This document shows, piece by piece, positions 52,091 to 61,632 of a DNA stretch of 64,000 nt. The stretch comes from Gemmatimonadota bacterium (GTDB taxonomy: Bacteria > Gemmatimonadota > Gemmatimonadetes > Palauibacterales > Palauibacteraceae), in NCBI GenBank assembly GCA_965116475.1, contig OZ220691.1, positions 2,400,001 to 2,464,000 of the forward strand, written 5' to 3'. A program made the translations under genes and the position numbers. The first letter of the stretch is position 1, and every line of letters begins with the position of its first letter. The notes below the pieces were generated by a model. The model searched no databases and was not told where the DNA came from. It saw nothing but the letters and a program-made list of their open reading frames with translations.

Positions 52091-52353
52091 GCGTGGACGT
52101 TGCGGAGGGTGTAGAGGAAACGCTTCGCGAGGTCGGTCACGTCGAGGCCCACGACGCGGTCGGTCTCGACGCGGACGTTCGTGTGGCCGCCCGCCCGGTC
52201 GACCGCAAAGCGGGCCAGGCCGATCTCGCCGGCGAAGGTGACCGATGCGTCGGTCTCCTCGTGAACCCGAAGCCTGGAGTGCTCGCCGAAGAAGCTCTTC
52301 GCGCGGTCGAGCACATCTTCCGGGGACAGGTCGGTGATCGTGACGTATCGCAT
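52087..52353 (-). CDS. Hypothetical 88-aa protein
   Basis: MRYVTITDLSPEDVLDRAKSFF...; GC3-biased codons; ATGA overlap with the ubiquitin-like gene. Confidence 0.8.
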   Translation of the reverse strand: MRYVTITDLSPEDVLDRAKSFFGEHSRLRVHEETDASVTFAGEIGLARFAVDRAGGHTNVRVETDRVVGLDVTDLAKRFLYTLRNVHA

Positions 52354-52519
52354 GTCGATTCCGGTTCGGCGATCGCAGCCCGGGGCCCGCGGCGCCGAAG
52401 CCGGGGCCCTCGTTGGGGCCGCAAAATCTTGCCGCCCCGGCGGCGCGTCAACCGGACCGCGGGAGGACCGCGAGCAAACAATTCGCCACAGGCGGCTGGG
52501 GGCGATACCATCTCCCGCC

Positions 52520-53620
52520 ATGAACCCTCCAATCTCGTTCGGCCGCTTCTTTCTGCCCGGCCCGACCGAAGTCCCTCCGGATCTGTTCGATGCCATGCGG
52601 CGACCCGTCGTCGGACACCGGAGCGCCGAGGTCTCGGGCTTGGTCGAGGCGATGCAGCCGCTTGCGTCGCGACTCTTCCGGACGTCGCGGCCCGTGTATC
52701 TCTCGACCTCGTCCGCCACCGGCATGATGGAAGCGGCGATCACGAACCTCACGCGCCGCCGCGTCCTCTGTCTCACGAACGGGTCGTTCAGCAAGCGGTT
52801 CCACGCGATCGCCGAAGCGACGGGGCGTCCCGCGGATGCGCTCGAGGCGGAGTGGGGTGAGCCGAACCTGCCGGAGCGGCTGCGCGACGCGCTTTCCGCG
52901 GCGCCCGGCCGCTACGACCTCGTCACCGTCGTCCACTCCGAGAGTTCGACCGGCGTCCTCAATCCGCTGGAGGAACTCGCCGCCGTCGTGCACGAGTTCG
53001 ACGACGTGCTGATCGCCGTCGATACGGTCTCGTCGCTGGCCGGGGCGCCGGTGGAGACGGACGAGTGGGGACTGGACTTCGTCCTCACGGGGTCGCAGAA
53101 GGCGGTGGCGCTGCCGCCGGGCCTCGCGCTGGCCGTGGCGTCCGAGCGGGCGCTCGCCCGCGCGGAGGAGGTCGAGCACCGGGGCTTCTACTTCGACATC
53201 CTCAAGTTCGAGAAGAACCTCGAGCGCTGGCAGACGCCGAACACGCCGGCCGTCTCGCTCTTCTTCGCGCTCGAGCGGCAGTTGGACCGGATGATGGAGG
53301 AAGGGCTCGAGGCGCGCTGGGAGCGTCACGATGCGATGGCCCGCCGCACGCACGAATGGGTGGACGAGACGGCCGCGCGCACGGGCCGGCCGTGGCGCGT
53401 GCTGGCGCCGGAAGGCTACCGCTCGCCCTGCGTGACCGTCATCATGCTTCCGGACGGTCTGACGGGTCCCGAGGTCGTCTCCCGCGCGCTGGCGCACGGA
53501 TACACGGTGGCGGCGGGCTACGGGCCCCTGAAGCAGCCGTCCTTCCGGATCGGACACATGGGCGAGCACACGCTCGACGAGCTGGAGGCGCTCCTGGCCG
53601 TCCTCGACGAAGTTCTGTGA
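52520..53620 (+). CDS. Class V PLP aminotransferase (alanine--glyoxylate/serine--pyruvate family)
   Basis: FLPGPTEV, VHSESSTG, VDTVSS, TGSQKAVALPPG, FRIGHMG. Confidence 0.93.
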   Translation: MNPPISFGRFFLPGPTEVPPDLFDAMRRPVVGHRSAEVSGLVEAMQPLASRLFRTSRPVYLSTSSATGMMEAAITNLTRRRVLCLTNGSFSKRFHAIAEATGRPADALEAEWGEPNLPERLRDALSAAPGRYDLVTVVHSESSTGVLNPLEELAAVVHEFDDVLIAVDTVSSLAGAPVETDEWGLDFVLTGSQKAVALPPGLALAVASERALARAEEVEHRGFYFDILKFEKNLERWQTPNTPAVSLFFALERQLDRMMEEGLEARWERHDAMARRTHEWVDETAARTGRPWRVLAPEGYRSPCVTVIMLPDGLTGPEVVSRALAHGYTVAAGYGPLKQPSFRIGHMGEHTLDELEALLAVLDEVL

Positions 53621-53655
53621 TCTGAACGCGAGCCACCCACCGTGAGCGAGACGCC

Positions 53656-55266
53656 GTGAGCGAGACTGCCGGAGACGCCCAGCGCCTTCTCATCGCGGAC
53701 CCCCTTCTCCCGGAGGGGATCGAAACGCTGCGCGCCGCTCCGGGAATCGCCGTCGAAGACCGCAGCGAAGGGGACCGCGAGGGGCTCCTGCGCGCGCTGC
53801 CGGGCGCGTCGGCGCTGATCGTGCGCAGCCGCACGAAGGTGGATGCGGAGCTCATCGAAGCCGGCGATTCGCTCCGGGTCATCGGCCGCGCGGGCGTCGG
53901 CGTGGACAACATCGACATCCCCGCCGCGACCCGCCGCGGGATCGCGGTGCTGAACGCTCCGGCCGCGAATACCCAGTCGACCGCCGAGTTGGCGTTCGCG
54001 CTCCTCCTGGCGGCGGCCCGCCGGATTCCGGAGGCGGATGCGAGCATCCGCGCGGGAGAGTGGAGGCGAAAGGAACTGCGGGGCATCCAGCTCAGCGGAA
54101 AGACGCTGGGCGTGATCGGGCTCGGCCGCATCGGGGCGGAGGTGGTCTGGCGCGCGCGGGCGTTCGGGATGCGCGTGATCGCCCACGATCCGTTCGTGAG
54201 CGCCGACCGGGCGAGCGACCTGGGGGTCGAGCTCGCCGACCTCGACGCACTGCTGCCCGCGTGCCACGCGATCACCGTCCACGTCCCGCTCTCCGCGGAG
54301 AACCGCGGTTTCATCGGCAGCACGGAGCTTGCGGCCATGCGGCCGGGCGCGATCCTGATCAACGCGGCGCGCGGCGGGCTCATCGACGAGGCCGCGCTGG
54401 CCGACGCGCTGCGGAGCGGCCATCTGGGCGCCGCCGGACTCGATGTGTTCGCGACGGAGCCGCTCCCCGCCGACAGCCCGCTGCGGGATGCACCGCAACT
54501 CGTATTCAGCCCCCACCTCGGGGCCTCGACCTTCGAAGCCCAGCGGCAGGTATCCCGGCAGATCGCCATCGCCGTGCGCAACGCGCTCATCGAGGGCGAT
54601 TTCAGCGCCGCGCTCAACGCCCCGTTCGAGGCCGAAGATCGTGACGGGGCCGGGCCCATCATGTACCTCGGCCGCTGTCTTGGCCGCCTGCTGGCCGGAC
54701 TCGACGACGCGGCGCCGAGCCGGATCGAAGTCCGCTACGGCGGGCCGCGCGATGGCGTCCTCGGACCCCTCGCGGCGAGCGTGGCGGTGGGCTTTCTCGA
54801 ACGCCGGGTCGACCCGCCCCTCAACGTCGTGAACGCGCTGTCGATCGCGGGCGAGCGCGGTCTGGAGATCGTCCGCGTCCGCACGCAGGCCGAGGGGGAC
54901 TACACGAACTACGTCGAACTCGGGGTGCGGTACGGCCGGAGTGAGTCGGAGGTCGTGGGCGGCGCGCTGATGGGCACACGGATGGAGCCGCGGATCGTGC
55001 GCGTGGGCACGTTTCGCGTCGACACGCAGCCGCGCGGCACCTGCCTCTTCATCCGCAATCGCGACCGGCCGGGCGTGATCGGCGCGGTGGGCACCGTCCT
55101 CGGCGAGGCGAACGCGAACATCGCCGAATACCACCTGGCGCGTCGCCGCGGCGGGGGCCGTTCCCTCGGCGTGGTGCGGATCGACGGCGAAGTCCCGCCG
55201 GAGGTGCTCCGCGGCCTGAGCCAACTCGACGGCATCGACGAAGTCCGCCAGATCCACTTCGACTGA
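53656..55266 (+). CDS. serA: D-3-phosphoglycerate dehydrogenase
   Basis: RAGVGVDNID, GLGRIG, INAARGG, PHLGAST, ASB and ACT domains. Confidence 0.95.
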   Translation: MSETAGDAQRLLIADPLLPEGIETLRAAPGIAVEDRSEGDREGLLRALPGASALIVRSRTKVDAELIEAGDSLRVIGRAGVGVDNIDIPAATRRGIAVLNAPAANTQSTAELAFALLLAAARRIPEADASIRAGEWRRKELRGIQLSGKTLGVIGLGRIGAEVVWRARAFGMRVIAHDPFVSADRASDLGVELADLDALLPACHAITVHVPLSAENRGFIGSTELAAMRPGAILINAARGGLIDEAALADALRSGHLGAAGLDVFATEPLPADSPLRDAPQLVFSPHLGASTFEAQRQVSRQIAIAVRNALIEGDFSAALNAPFEAEDRDGAGPIMYLGRCLGRLLAGLDDAAPSRIEVRYGGPRDGVLGPLAASVAVGFLERRVDPPLNVVNALSIAGERGLEIVRVRTQAEGDYTNYVELGVRYGRSESEVVGGALMGTRMEPRIVRVGTFRVDTQPRGTCLFIRNRDRPGVIGAVGTVLGEANANIAEYHLARRRGGGRSLGVVRIDGEVPPEVLRGLSQLDGIDEVRQIHFD

Positions 55267-55336
55267 GCTGTTTCGGGGGGGCGGCCGGCGTTTCCGGGGC
55301 ATTCGCGCCTCCGAGCTGCCTCGCACATCATGTATC

Positions 55337-55630
55337 ATGACTTCCAGCCATGATTCTGCCGGCAAACCTCGTCTTTCGGACCCGGATCGCCACCCCGCGC
55401 TCTCGATCGTCGGACTCTTCCGCGGTACGCCGCGGCTGGAGGCGGAGCCTCCCTGCAATGTGGCGCGCGCCCACGACGAGTTTCTCGCCGATGCGGAAAT
55501 CGCCTCGTGGTCGTCCGATCAGAGCGATGCAGCCGTCAGGCGGGAGGACTCCACACGGCGGCGACCGCCGGGTTCGGGGTGGAGAGACGGTCGGGATGGA
55601 GGAGTCCACCGAGGATTTCGACGCCGGTGA
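55337..55630 (+). CDS. Possible antitoxin-like small protein or remnant
   Basis: HPALSIVGLFRG...NVARAHDEFLADA; 3' end overlaps the convergent gene. Confidence 0.4.
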   Translation: MTSSHDSAGKPRLSDPDRHPALSIVGLFRGTPRLEAEPPCNVARAHDEFLADAEIASWSSDQSDAAVRREDSTRRRPPGSGWRDGRDGGVHRGFRRR

Positions 55631-56453
55631 CGAAGCGGGGGCCCGAGCGGTTGAAGTAGGAGGAGGCGTCGACGACCCAGGCGCGGCCCTCGGCGACGGC
55701 GCGCGGAGCGACACGTTCAAGTTGCTGCGCATGGGCGTCGGCGTCCGTCCGCGCCGCCTCCAGACCGTAGCCGCACGGCATGAGGAGGAGCGCGTCCGGA
55801 TCGAGGTCTCCGATCTCCTCCCAAGACACCTCGCGGGAAGGCTGCCCCGCCTCGCCCGCCAGGTTCCGGCCGCCGGCGAGTTCGACCATCTCGGGCACCC
55901 AGTGGCCGGGCGCGAACGGCGGATCGAACCACTCGATCCCGAGCACCCCCGGCGGGTCCGCGTCCCCCACGGCCGCCCGCACCGCGTCGAGTCGCCTTCG
56001 GAGCGATCCTCCCGCGTCCCGGGCGACGTGCGGATGGCCGGCGGCCCGCGCCACCTGTGTGAGCGAGGCGAGGATGTCCTCGATCGTATGCGCGTCGAGC
56101 GACACGACCTCCGCATCGATCTCGCGCGCCCCGAGCACCTCCCGCACCCCGCCGGTCGGCACGGCGCACACCTCGCACACGGCCTGCGTGAGAATGATGT
56201 CCGGATCGAGCCCTTCGAGGACGGCGCCGTCGATCTCATACACGCTGCCGTGTTCGATCATGGCCTGCCGCACGGCGGCGTCGATCTCCCCGCTCGAGAG
56301 GCCTTCCGGATCGAAGCGGGGGCGGCTGACGCGGGGACGGTCGAGCAGGTGCGGCGGGTGATCGCACTCGTGCGAGATGCCGACGAGGCTTTCGCCGAGA
56401 CCGAGCGCGTCGACGATCTCCGTCCCGGACGCGAGAAGCGAAACGATCCGCAT
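55536..56453 (-). CDS. Cobalamin/iron-binding protein family (BtuF-like), no signal peptide
   Basis: MRIVSLLASGTEIV, GISHECD, EWFDPPF-PGHWVPEM, YFNRSGPR. Confidence 0.9.
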   Translation of the reverse strand: MRIVSLLASGTEIVDALGLGESLVGISHECDHPPHLLDRPRVSRPRFDPEGLSSGEIDAAVRQAMIEHGSVYEIDGAVLEGLDPDIILTQAVCEVCAVPTGGVREVLGAREIDAEVVSLDAHTIEDILASLTQVARAAGHPHVARDAGGSLRRRLDAVRAAVGDADPPGVLGIEWFDPPFAPGHWVPEMVELAGGRNLAGEAGQPSREVSWEEIGDLDPDALLLMPCGYGLEAARTDADAHAQQLERVAPRAVAEGRAWVVDASSYFNRSGPRFVTGVEILGGLLHPDRLSTPNPAVAAVWSPPA

Positions 56454-57619
56454 CAGTATTGCGGCATCGCGGGGTCGATCTCCTCGGCCCACGCGAGGAT
56501 CCCCCCCGCGAGGTTCACGGCGTTGTCGAATCCGACCGCGCGCAGGTACTCGACGGCGCGATCGCCGCGGGGACCCGAGCGGCAATGGATGATGAGGGGT
56601 TCCGACGCGTCCAGGCTCTCGACGGCCTGCGGGAGCGTGGCGAGCGGCACGAGACGCGCCCCGGCAGCCTCTTCGAGGTTGCAGATCGCCCACTCGTAGT
56701 CCTCTCGCACGTCGATGAGCTGGAAGCGCTCGCCGGCATCGACCCGGCGCTTCAGTTCGTGTACGTCGATGTCGAAGTCATCCATCACACTCTCCGCTTC
56801 CGCCGCGCCGTCCGCAGTCCCACCGCAGAAGCGCTCGTAGTCGATGAGTTCCGTCACCGTCGGCTCGGGGCCGCACACCACGCACTCGGGGTCGGGCGCG
56901 ATGTCCAGCGAACGAAACTCCATGCGGAGCGCGTCGATGAGGAGCAGCCGGCCGGCGAGCGTCTCGCCGATCCCCGCCAGCCACTTGATCGCCTCGTTCG
57001 CCTGGATCGACCCCACGATCCCGGGCAGGACGCCGAGCACCCCGGCTTCCGCGCAATTCGGCACGAGATCCGGAGGCGGAGGATCGCGAAACAGGCAGCG
57101 ATAGCAGGGACCATCCGGCGCCGCGAACACCGCCGCCTGGCCCTCGAAGCGGAGGATGGCCCCGTACGCGAAGGGCGTCCCGAGCATCACGCAGGCGTCG
57201 TTCACGAGATAGCGGGTCGGGAAGTTGTCGCTCCCGTCGATGACGAAATCCCACCCCTCGAGAATCTCGAGCGCATTCCCGGAATCCAGCCGCGTCTCGA
57301 AGGTCTCGACGGCGATGTCCGGGTTCAGCCCCGCGAGCCGCGTCCGGGCCGAGGCGAGCTTCGGCGTCCCGACCGAATCCGTGTCATACAGCACCTGGCG
57401 CTGCAGGTTCGAGAGGTCCACGCGGTCGTGGTCCACGAGCCCGATCCGTCCCACCCCCGCCGCGGCGAGGTAAAGCGCGGCCGGCGAACCCAGCCCGCCC
57501 GCGCCCACGATGAGCACGCTCGAAGCCAGCAGGCGCCGCTGGCCCTCCACCCCCACCTCCGGGATGCTGACGTGACGCCCGTAGCGGACGAGTTCGTCGC
57601 GGGACAGGCCGCCGGTCAT
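56453..57619 (-). CDS. moeB: MoeB/ThiF adenylyltransferase with C-terminal rhodanese domain
   Basis: GAGGLGS, SNLQRQ, DNFPTRY, PCYRC, CAEAGVLG, rhodanese HCRSGPR. Confidence 0.95.
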   Translation of the reverse strand: MTGGLSRDELVRYGRHVSIPEVGVEGQRRLLASSVLIVGAGGLGSPAALYLAAAGVGRIGLVDHDRVDLSNLQRQVLYDTDSVGTPKLASARTRLAGLNPDIAVETFETRLDSGNALEILEGWDFVIDGSDNFPTRYLVNDACVMLGTPFAYGAILRFEGQAAVFAAPDGPCYRCLFRDPPPPDLVPNCAEAGVLGVLPGIVGSIQANEAIKWLAGIGETLAGRLLLIDALRMEFRSLDIAPDPECVVCGPEPTVTELIDYERFCGGTADGAAEAESVMDDFDIDVHELKRRVDAGERFQLIDVREDYEWAICNLEEAAGARLVPLATLPQAVESLDASEPLIIHCRSGPRGDRAVEYLRAVGFDNAVNLAGGILAWAEEIDPAMPQY

Positions 57620-57626
57620 CCCGTCC

Positions 57627-58331
57627 TCAGCCGTAGGGCGCGAGCGCGTCGCGCAGCGCCGCCATGTTCGCGGCGATGCCGGGCGCCCACCGGAAGACCG
57701 AGGAGCCGGCCACGAACACCGACGCCCCCGCCGCGGCGCACACGGGAGCGGATGTCGGATCGATCCCTCCGTCCACCTGGATGGCCGGCGCGGCCAGCCC
57801 GCGATCCGCCGCCATCCGAAGCACGGTGGCGATCTTCGGCACGGCCTCGGCGATGAATTTCTGTCCCCCGAACCCCGGGTTCACCGTCATCACGAGGACG
57901 AGGTCCACGTAGCCCAGGACTTCCGACAGCGTTTCCGCGGGCGTGGCCGGGTTGAGCGCGACGCCGGCGTAGCAGCCCAGCTCCCGGATCCGGTGCAGGT
58001 CGCCGTGCAGGTGGGCCGACACCTCCTGGTGGACCGTGACCATGTCGGCCCCCGCCGCCGCGAACGGTTCGAGGAACTCGCCGGGGTTGTCGATCATCAG
58101 GTGCACGTCGAGGAAGGAGTCGGAGACCGCGCGCAGCGACTCCAGCACCGGCAGCCCGATCGTGAGGTTCGGCACGAAGTGCCCGTCCATGACGTCGAGC
58201 TGGAACCACTCCGCGCCCGCGGCCTCCGCCTCGGCGACCTCCGCCCCCAGCCGCGCGTAGTCGGCGGCGAGGATGGACGGGGCGATGACCATCCCCCCGG
58301 GCATGTCCCGATTCAGTCCCCGCTCAGTCAC
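57627..58331 (-). CDS. rpe: Ribulose-phosphate 3-epimerase
   Basis: IAPSILAAD, DVMDGHFVPN, DVHLM, MTVNPGFGGQ, VDGGI. Confidence 0.97.
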   Translation of the reverse strand: MTERGLNRDMPGGMVIAPSILAADYARLGAEVAEAEAAGAEWFQLDVMDGHFVPNLTIGLPVLESLRAVSDSFLDVHLMIDNPGEFLEPFAAAGADMVTVHQEVSAHLHGDLHRIRELGCYAGVALNPATPAETLSEVLGYVDLVLVMTVNPGFGGQKFIAEAVPKIATVLRMAADRGLAAPAIQVDGGIDPTSAPVCAAAGASVFVAGSSVFRWAPGIAANMAALRDALAPYG

Positions 58332-58340
58332 GATCCCACT

Positions 58341-58392
58341 CTCCCCCTCGGTTCTCCCTCTCGGTTCTCCGTCGCGGTTCTCCCGCGCGATC
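58341..58392. repeat. 4 x 13-bp degenerate tandem repeat
   Basis: ctccccctcggtt ctccctctcggtt ctccgtcgcggtt ctcccgcgcgatc. Confidence 0.75.
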
Positions 58393-58427
58393 CCGTTTTC
58401 CTGGCCGGCTTGTCGGCGCCAACCGTG

Positions 58428-59627
58428 TCAGATCAGGCGAAGCCGTTCGCCGACCTTCTTCAGGGCGGCGAGGGCGGCGTCGATGTGTTCGCGCTCGTGC
58501 GCGGCCGACAACTGGCAGCGGATCCGGGCCTCGCCGCGCGGAACCACGGGATACCCGAACCCGATGACGAACACGCCCTCGCGCAGCAGTTCGCGGCTGA
58601 GCCGGATCGCATCCGCCGTCTTTCCGATGATCACGGGGACGATCGGCGTGCCGCCGGGAATCGGCCTGTACCCGAGTTCGATCAGCCCTTCGCGATAATA
58701 CTCCGTGTTGTCGCGAAGCCGGGCCACGAGTTCCGGATGCATCTCCAGGTGCTCGATCGCGGCCATGGCCCCGGCCGCCGAATGGCAGGGCAGGGCGTTG
58801 GTGAACAACTGCGTGCGCGACGCCTGAACGAGATAGTCGATCACGGCTTCGGAACTTGCCGTGAAGCCGCCGGCCATGCCTCCGAGCGCCTTGCCGAGCG
58901 TCGACGTGACGATGTCGACCTCGCCGTGCATCCCGAAGTGCTCGGGCGTCCCCCGCCCCGTGTCGCCCAGCACCCCGGTCGCGTGCGAGTCGTCCACGGC
59001 CATGATCGCGTCGTAGCGGTCGCACAGTTCCCGGATCTCCGGCAGCGGCGCGATCTCCCCCTCCATCGAGAAGATGCCGTCGGTGATGACGAGCCGGTGG
59101 CGCGCGTCGCGGCTCGCCTCGAGGGCGTCGCGCAGCGAGTCCATGTCCATGTGGTCGTAGATGAAGCGGCGCGCCTTGCAGAGGCGGATCCCGTCGATGA
59201 TGCAGGCGTGGTTGAGGCGGTCCGAGATCAGGGCGTCGTCCGCGCCCAGGAGCGGCGCGAAGAGGCCCTCGTTCGCGTTCCAGGCGGAGGTGTAGGTGAG
59301 GGAGGCCGGCGTCTCCAGGAAGTCCGCGATCTTCGCCTCGAGTTCGCGGTGGATGTCGAACGTGCCGCAGATGAAGCGCACCGAGGATGTCCCCGCGCCG
59401 TACTTGTCCACCCCGTCCTTCACCGCCTGCATCACCGAGGGTTCGTCGCACAGGCCCAGGTAGTTGTTCGAGCACATGTTGATGGTTTCGCCCAGACCAT
59501 CGATGTCCACGACGGGAGCCTGCTGCCCCATGATGTGCAGCAGTTCCTTGTGAACCCCGTTCTCCTTCATCTCCCCGAGTTCAGAGACGAGGCGGTGCTC
59601 GAGGCCCCGGTTCACGTTCGACGTCAT
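58428..59627 (-). CDS. kbl: Glycine C-acetyltransferase (2-amino-3-ketobutyrate CoA ligase)
   Basis: SNNYLGL, SVRFICGT, DDSHATG, TLGKALGG, ARIRCQLSAAH. Confidence 0.95.
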   Translation of the reverse strand: MTSNVNRGLEHRLVSELGEMKENGVHKELLHIMGQQAPVVDIDGLGETINMCSNNYLGLCDEPSVMQAVKDGVDKYGAGTSSVRFICGTFDIHRELEAKIADFLETPASLTYTSAWNANEGLFAPLLGADDALISDRLNHACIIDGIRLCKARRFIYDHMDMDSLRDALEASRDARHRLVITDGIFSMEGEIAPLPEIRELCDRYDAIMAVDDSHATGVLGDTGRGTPEHFGMHGEVDIVTSTLGKALGGMAGGFTASSEAVIDYLVQASRTQLFTNALPCHSAAGAMAAIEHLEMHPELVARLRDNTEYYREGLIELGYRPIPGGTPIVPVIIGKTADAIRLSRELLREGVFVIGFGYPVVPRGEARIRCQLSAAHEREHIDAALAALKKVGERLRLI

Positions 59628-59681
59628 CACATCCCGCTCCTCATACAGTGTCATGATCGCGCCGTCCCGGACTCGTGTCGC

Positions 59682-60353
59682 TCAGGGGTAGAAGTCGCCG
59701 ACCCGCTTGTCGGTGGCCCACGCGGTGTCCACGCGGATTCTGGGGCGCGACCCCCAGTTCCCGCACGAGATGAAGCCTCGCAGCCGCCCGCGCACGTGGA
59801 GAACGCGGTCGGTCCCCGCCTCGCGAAGCTCGGGGCTGAGGCCGTCGAGCGCGAATACCCGCTGGCCTCCGATCCACCCCGGCCCGAACAGCCAGCACCC
59901 GGCCGCCTCGCGGATCGTCCCCTCGCCCCAGGTGCGGATGCCGGAGAATCCTCCGCTGTCCGTCGCCACGAGCGTGCCGAGATCGATGTCGGTCCCGGTG
60001 CGGATCCGGTAGCGCCCGGGCGTATCGAGCGTGATGGGCCGCGCCTCGTAGTAGCTGACGTGCTGGGGCGCGCACACCGCCCGGAACGTCGTGCGGCGCG
60101 CCGCGAGATCGATCGAGGAGTCCGTCACGGCAAGCGTGGCCGTGTCCAGCCGTCCGCACGCGTCCTCGGACACGGGCCCGCCGAACTCGAAGGAGAACGG
60201 CGCCCCCACCTCGACGGTCTCCGGATACGCGACCCAGGTGACGAGCGCTTCGCTGGAGGTGCCGTCCCCGAGCCGCCAGCAGCCGGCCGTCAGCAGCGCG
60301 GCGGCGGCGAAGGCCGGGACGATGGGGGTAGCGAGGGGGACGGCGCGCGCCAC
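59682..60353 (-). CDS. Hypothetical lipoprotein
   Basis: Lipobox LTAGC; lies between tdh and kbl on the same strand. Confidence 0.75.
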   Translation of the reverse strand: MARAVPLATPIVPAFAAAALLTAGCWRLGDGTSSEALVTWVAYPETVEVGAPFSFEFGGPVSEDACGRLDTATLAVTDSSIDLAARRTTFRAVCAPQHVSYYEARPITLDTPGRYRIRTGTDIDLGTLVATDSGGFSGIRTWGEGTIREAAGCWLFGPGWIGGQRVFALDGLSPELREAGTDRVLHVRGRLRGFISCGNWGSRPRIRVDTAWATDKRVGDFYP

Positions 60354-60366
60354 GGCGTCGAAACGG

Positions 60367-61398
60367 CTAGTCCAGCATGAGGACGACCTTCGCCGCCTCG
60401 CCGGAATACATGGAGTCGAACCCTTCCTCGAAGCGGTCGAACGGGAGCCGGTGGGTGATCACCGGCCCGATATCGAGACGTCCCGACGCCAGGAAGTCCC
60501 GCATCTCGATCCACGTCCGGTACATGAGGCGCCCCACCACGCCATACACGTGGAGACCCTTGAAGATGACGTCGCGCGCGAGGTCGACCTCCACCGGATC
60601 CTTCGGCAGCCCCAGCAGCCGGACGTGGCCGCCGTTGCGGCACATGCGGAACGCGGAGCGCACGCCCGCGGGGTGCCCACTCATCTCGCACACCACGTGC
60701 GCCCCGTAGCCATGCGTGAGGTCGGCGATCCGCGCCTCCACCTCCCCGTCCGCCGGATCGAGGCAGTCGTGCGCGCCCATCCGCGCCGCGAGTTCCCGCC
60801 GCCCCTCGTGCGGCTCGACCGCGATGACCCTGGAGGCGCCCGCCGCGCGCGCGATCCCGATCGCGAACAGGCCGATCGGTCCGCACCCGACCACGGCGAC
60901 GACCCGCCCCGCCACGTCCGTGTGCAGAACCGTGTGGAAAGCGTTCCCGAGCGGGTCGAACACCGCCGCCAGATCGTCGTCGATGGAATCGGGAACGTGG
61001 ATGATGTTCGCCGCCGGGATGGAGACGTACTCGGCGAACGCGCCGTCCCGGTCGATGCCGATGATCCGCGTGTCCCGGCACACGTGCGCCTGCTCGGTGC
61101 CGCAGTACTCGCAGTGTCCGCAGACCAGGTGCCCCTCCGCCGAGACGCGGTCGCCGACCTCGATGTTCCGCACCAGGCGCCCCGTCTCGACGACCTCTCC
61201 CATGAATTCGTGGCCGAGGGTGACGGGGGGATTCACGCGATGCCGCGACCAGCGATCCCACTGGTGAATGTGCAGGTCCGTGCCGCAGATCCCCGCGCGC
61301 CGCACCTTGACCAGCACGTCGCGGGAGCGAATCTCGGGCACCGGCGCGTCGCACAGCACGAGGCCGGGGGCCGGCCCGGGTTTGCGGATCGCTTTCAT
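60367..61398 (-). CDS. tdh: L-threonine 3-dehydrogenase
   Basis: GICGTDLHI, GHEFMG, VSAEGH--CGHCEYC, DPLGNA, GCGPIG; near kbl. Confidence 0.95.
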   Translation of the reverse strand: MKAIRKPGPAPGLVLCDAPVPEIRSRDVLVKVRRAGICGTDLHIHQWDRWSRHRVNPPVTLGHEFMGEVVETGRLVRNIEVGDRVSAEGHLVCGHCEYCGTEQAHVCRDTRIIGIDRDGAFAEYVSIPAANIIHVPDSIDDDLAAVFDPLGNAFHTVLHTDVAGRVVAVVGCGPIGLFAIGIARAAGASRVIAVEPHEGRRELAARMGAHDCLDPADGEVEARIADLTHGYGAHVVCEMSGHPAGVRSAFRMCRNGGHVRLLGLPKDPVEVDLARDVIFKGLHVYGVVGRLMYRTWIEMRDFLASGRLDIGPVITHRLPFDRFEEGFDSMYSGEAAKVVLMLD

Positions 61399-61426
61399 GG
61401 AGACGGAGGATGACTCCTGGTGACGT

Positions 61427-61468
61427 GTCGGGTGGCGCATGCCGGGTGGCGCATGTCGGGTGGCGGAT
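61427..61468. repeat. 3 x 14-bp tandem repeat upstream of tdh
   Basis: gtcgggtggcgcat gccgggtggcgcat gtcgggtggcggat. Confidence 0.85.
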
Positions 61469-61632
61469 AATGTGCCGGAGGATCTCACCGGGCGGCAAGC
61501 GCCGGGAACCCGGGGGGGCGGCCCTCCGTACGATGTCTCAGCGGGGAGTCGCTGACCGCCGCTGACCGCCCCTGGCCGCCGCGTGACGCCGTCCCGACGG
61601 CCTCGGGACCATTCTGGAGTCGGATCGGACCT

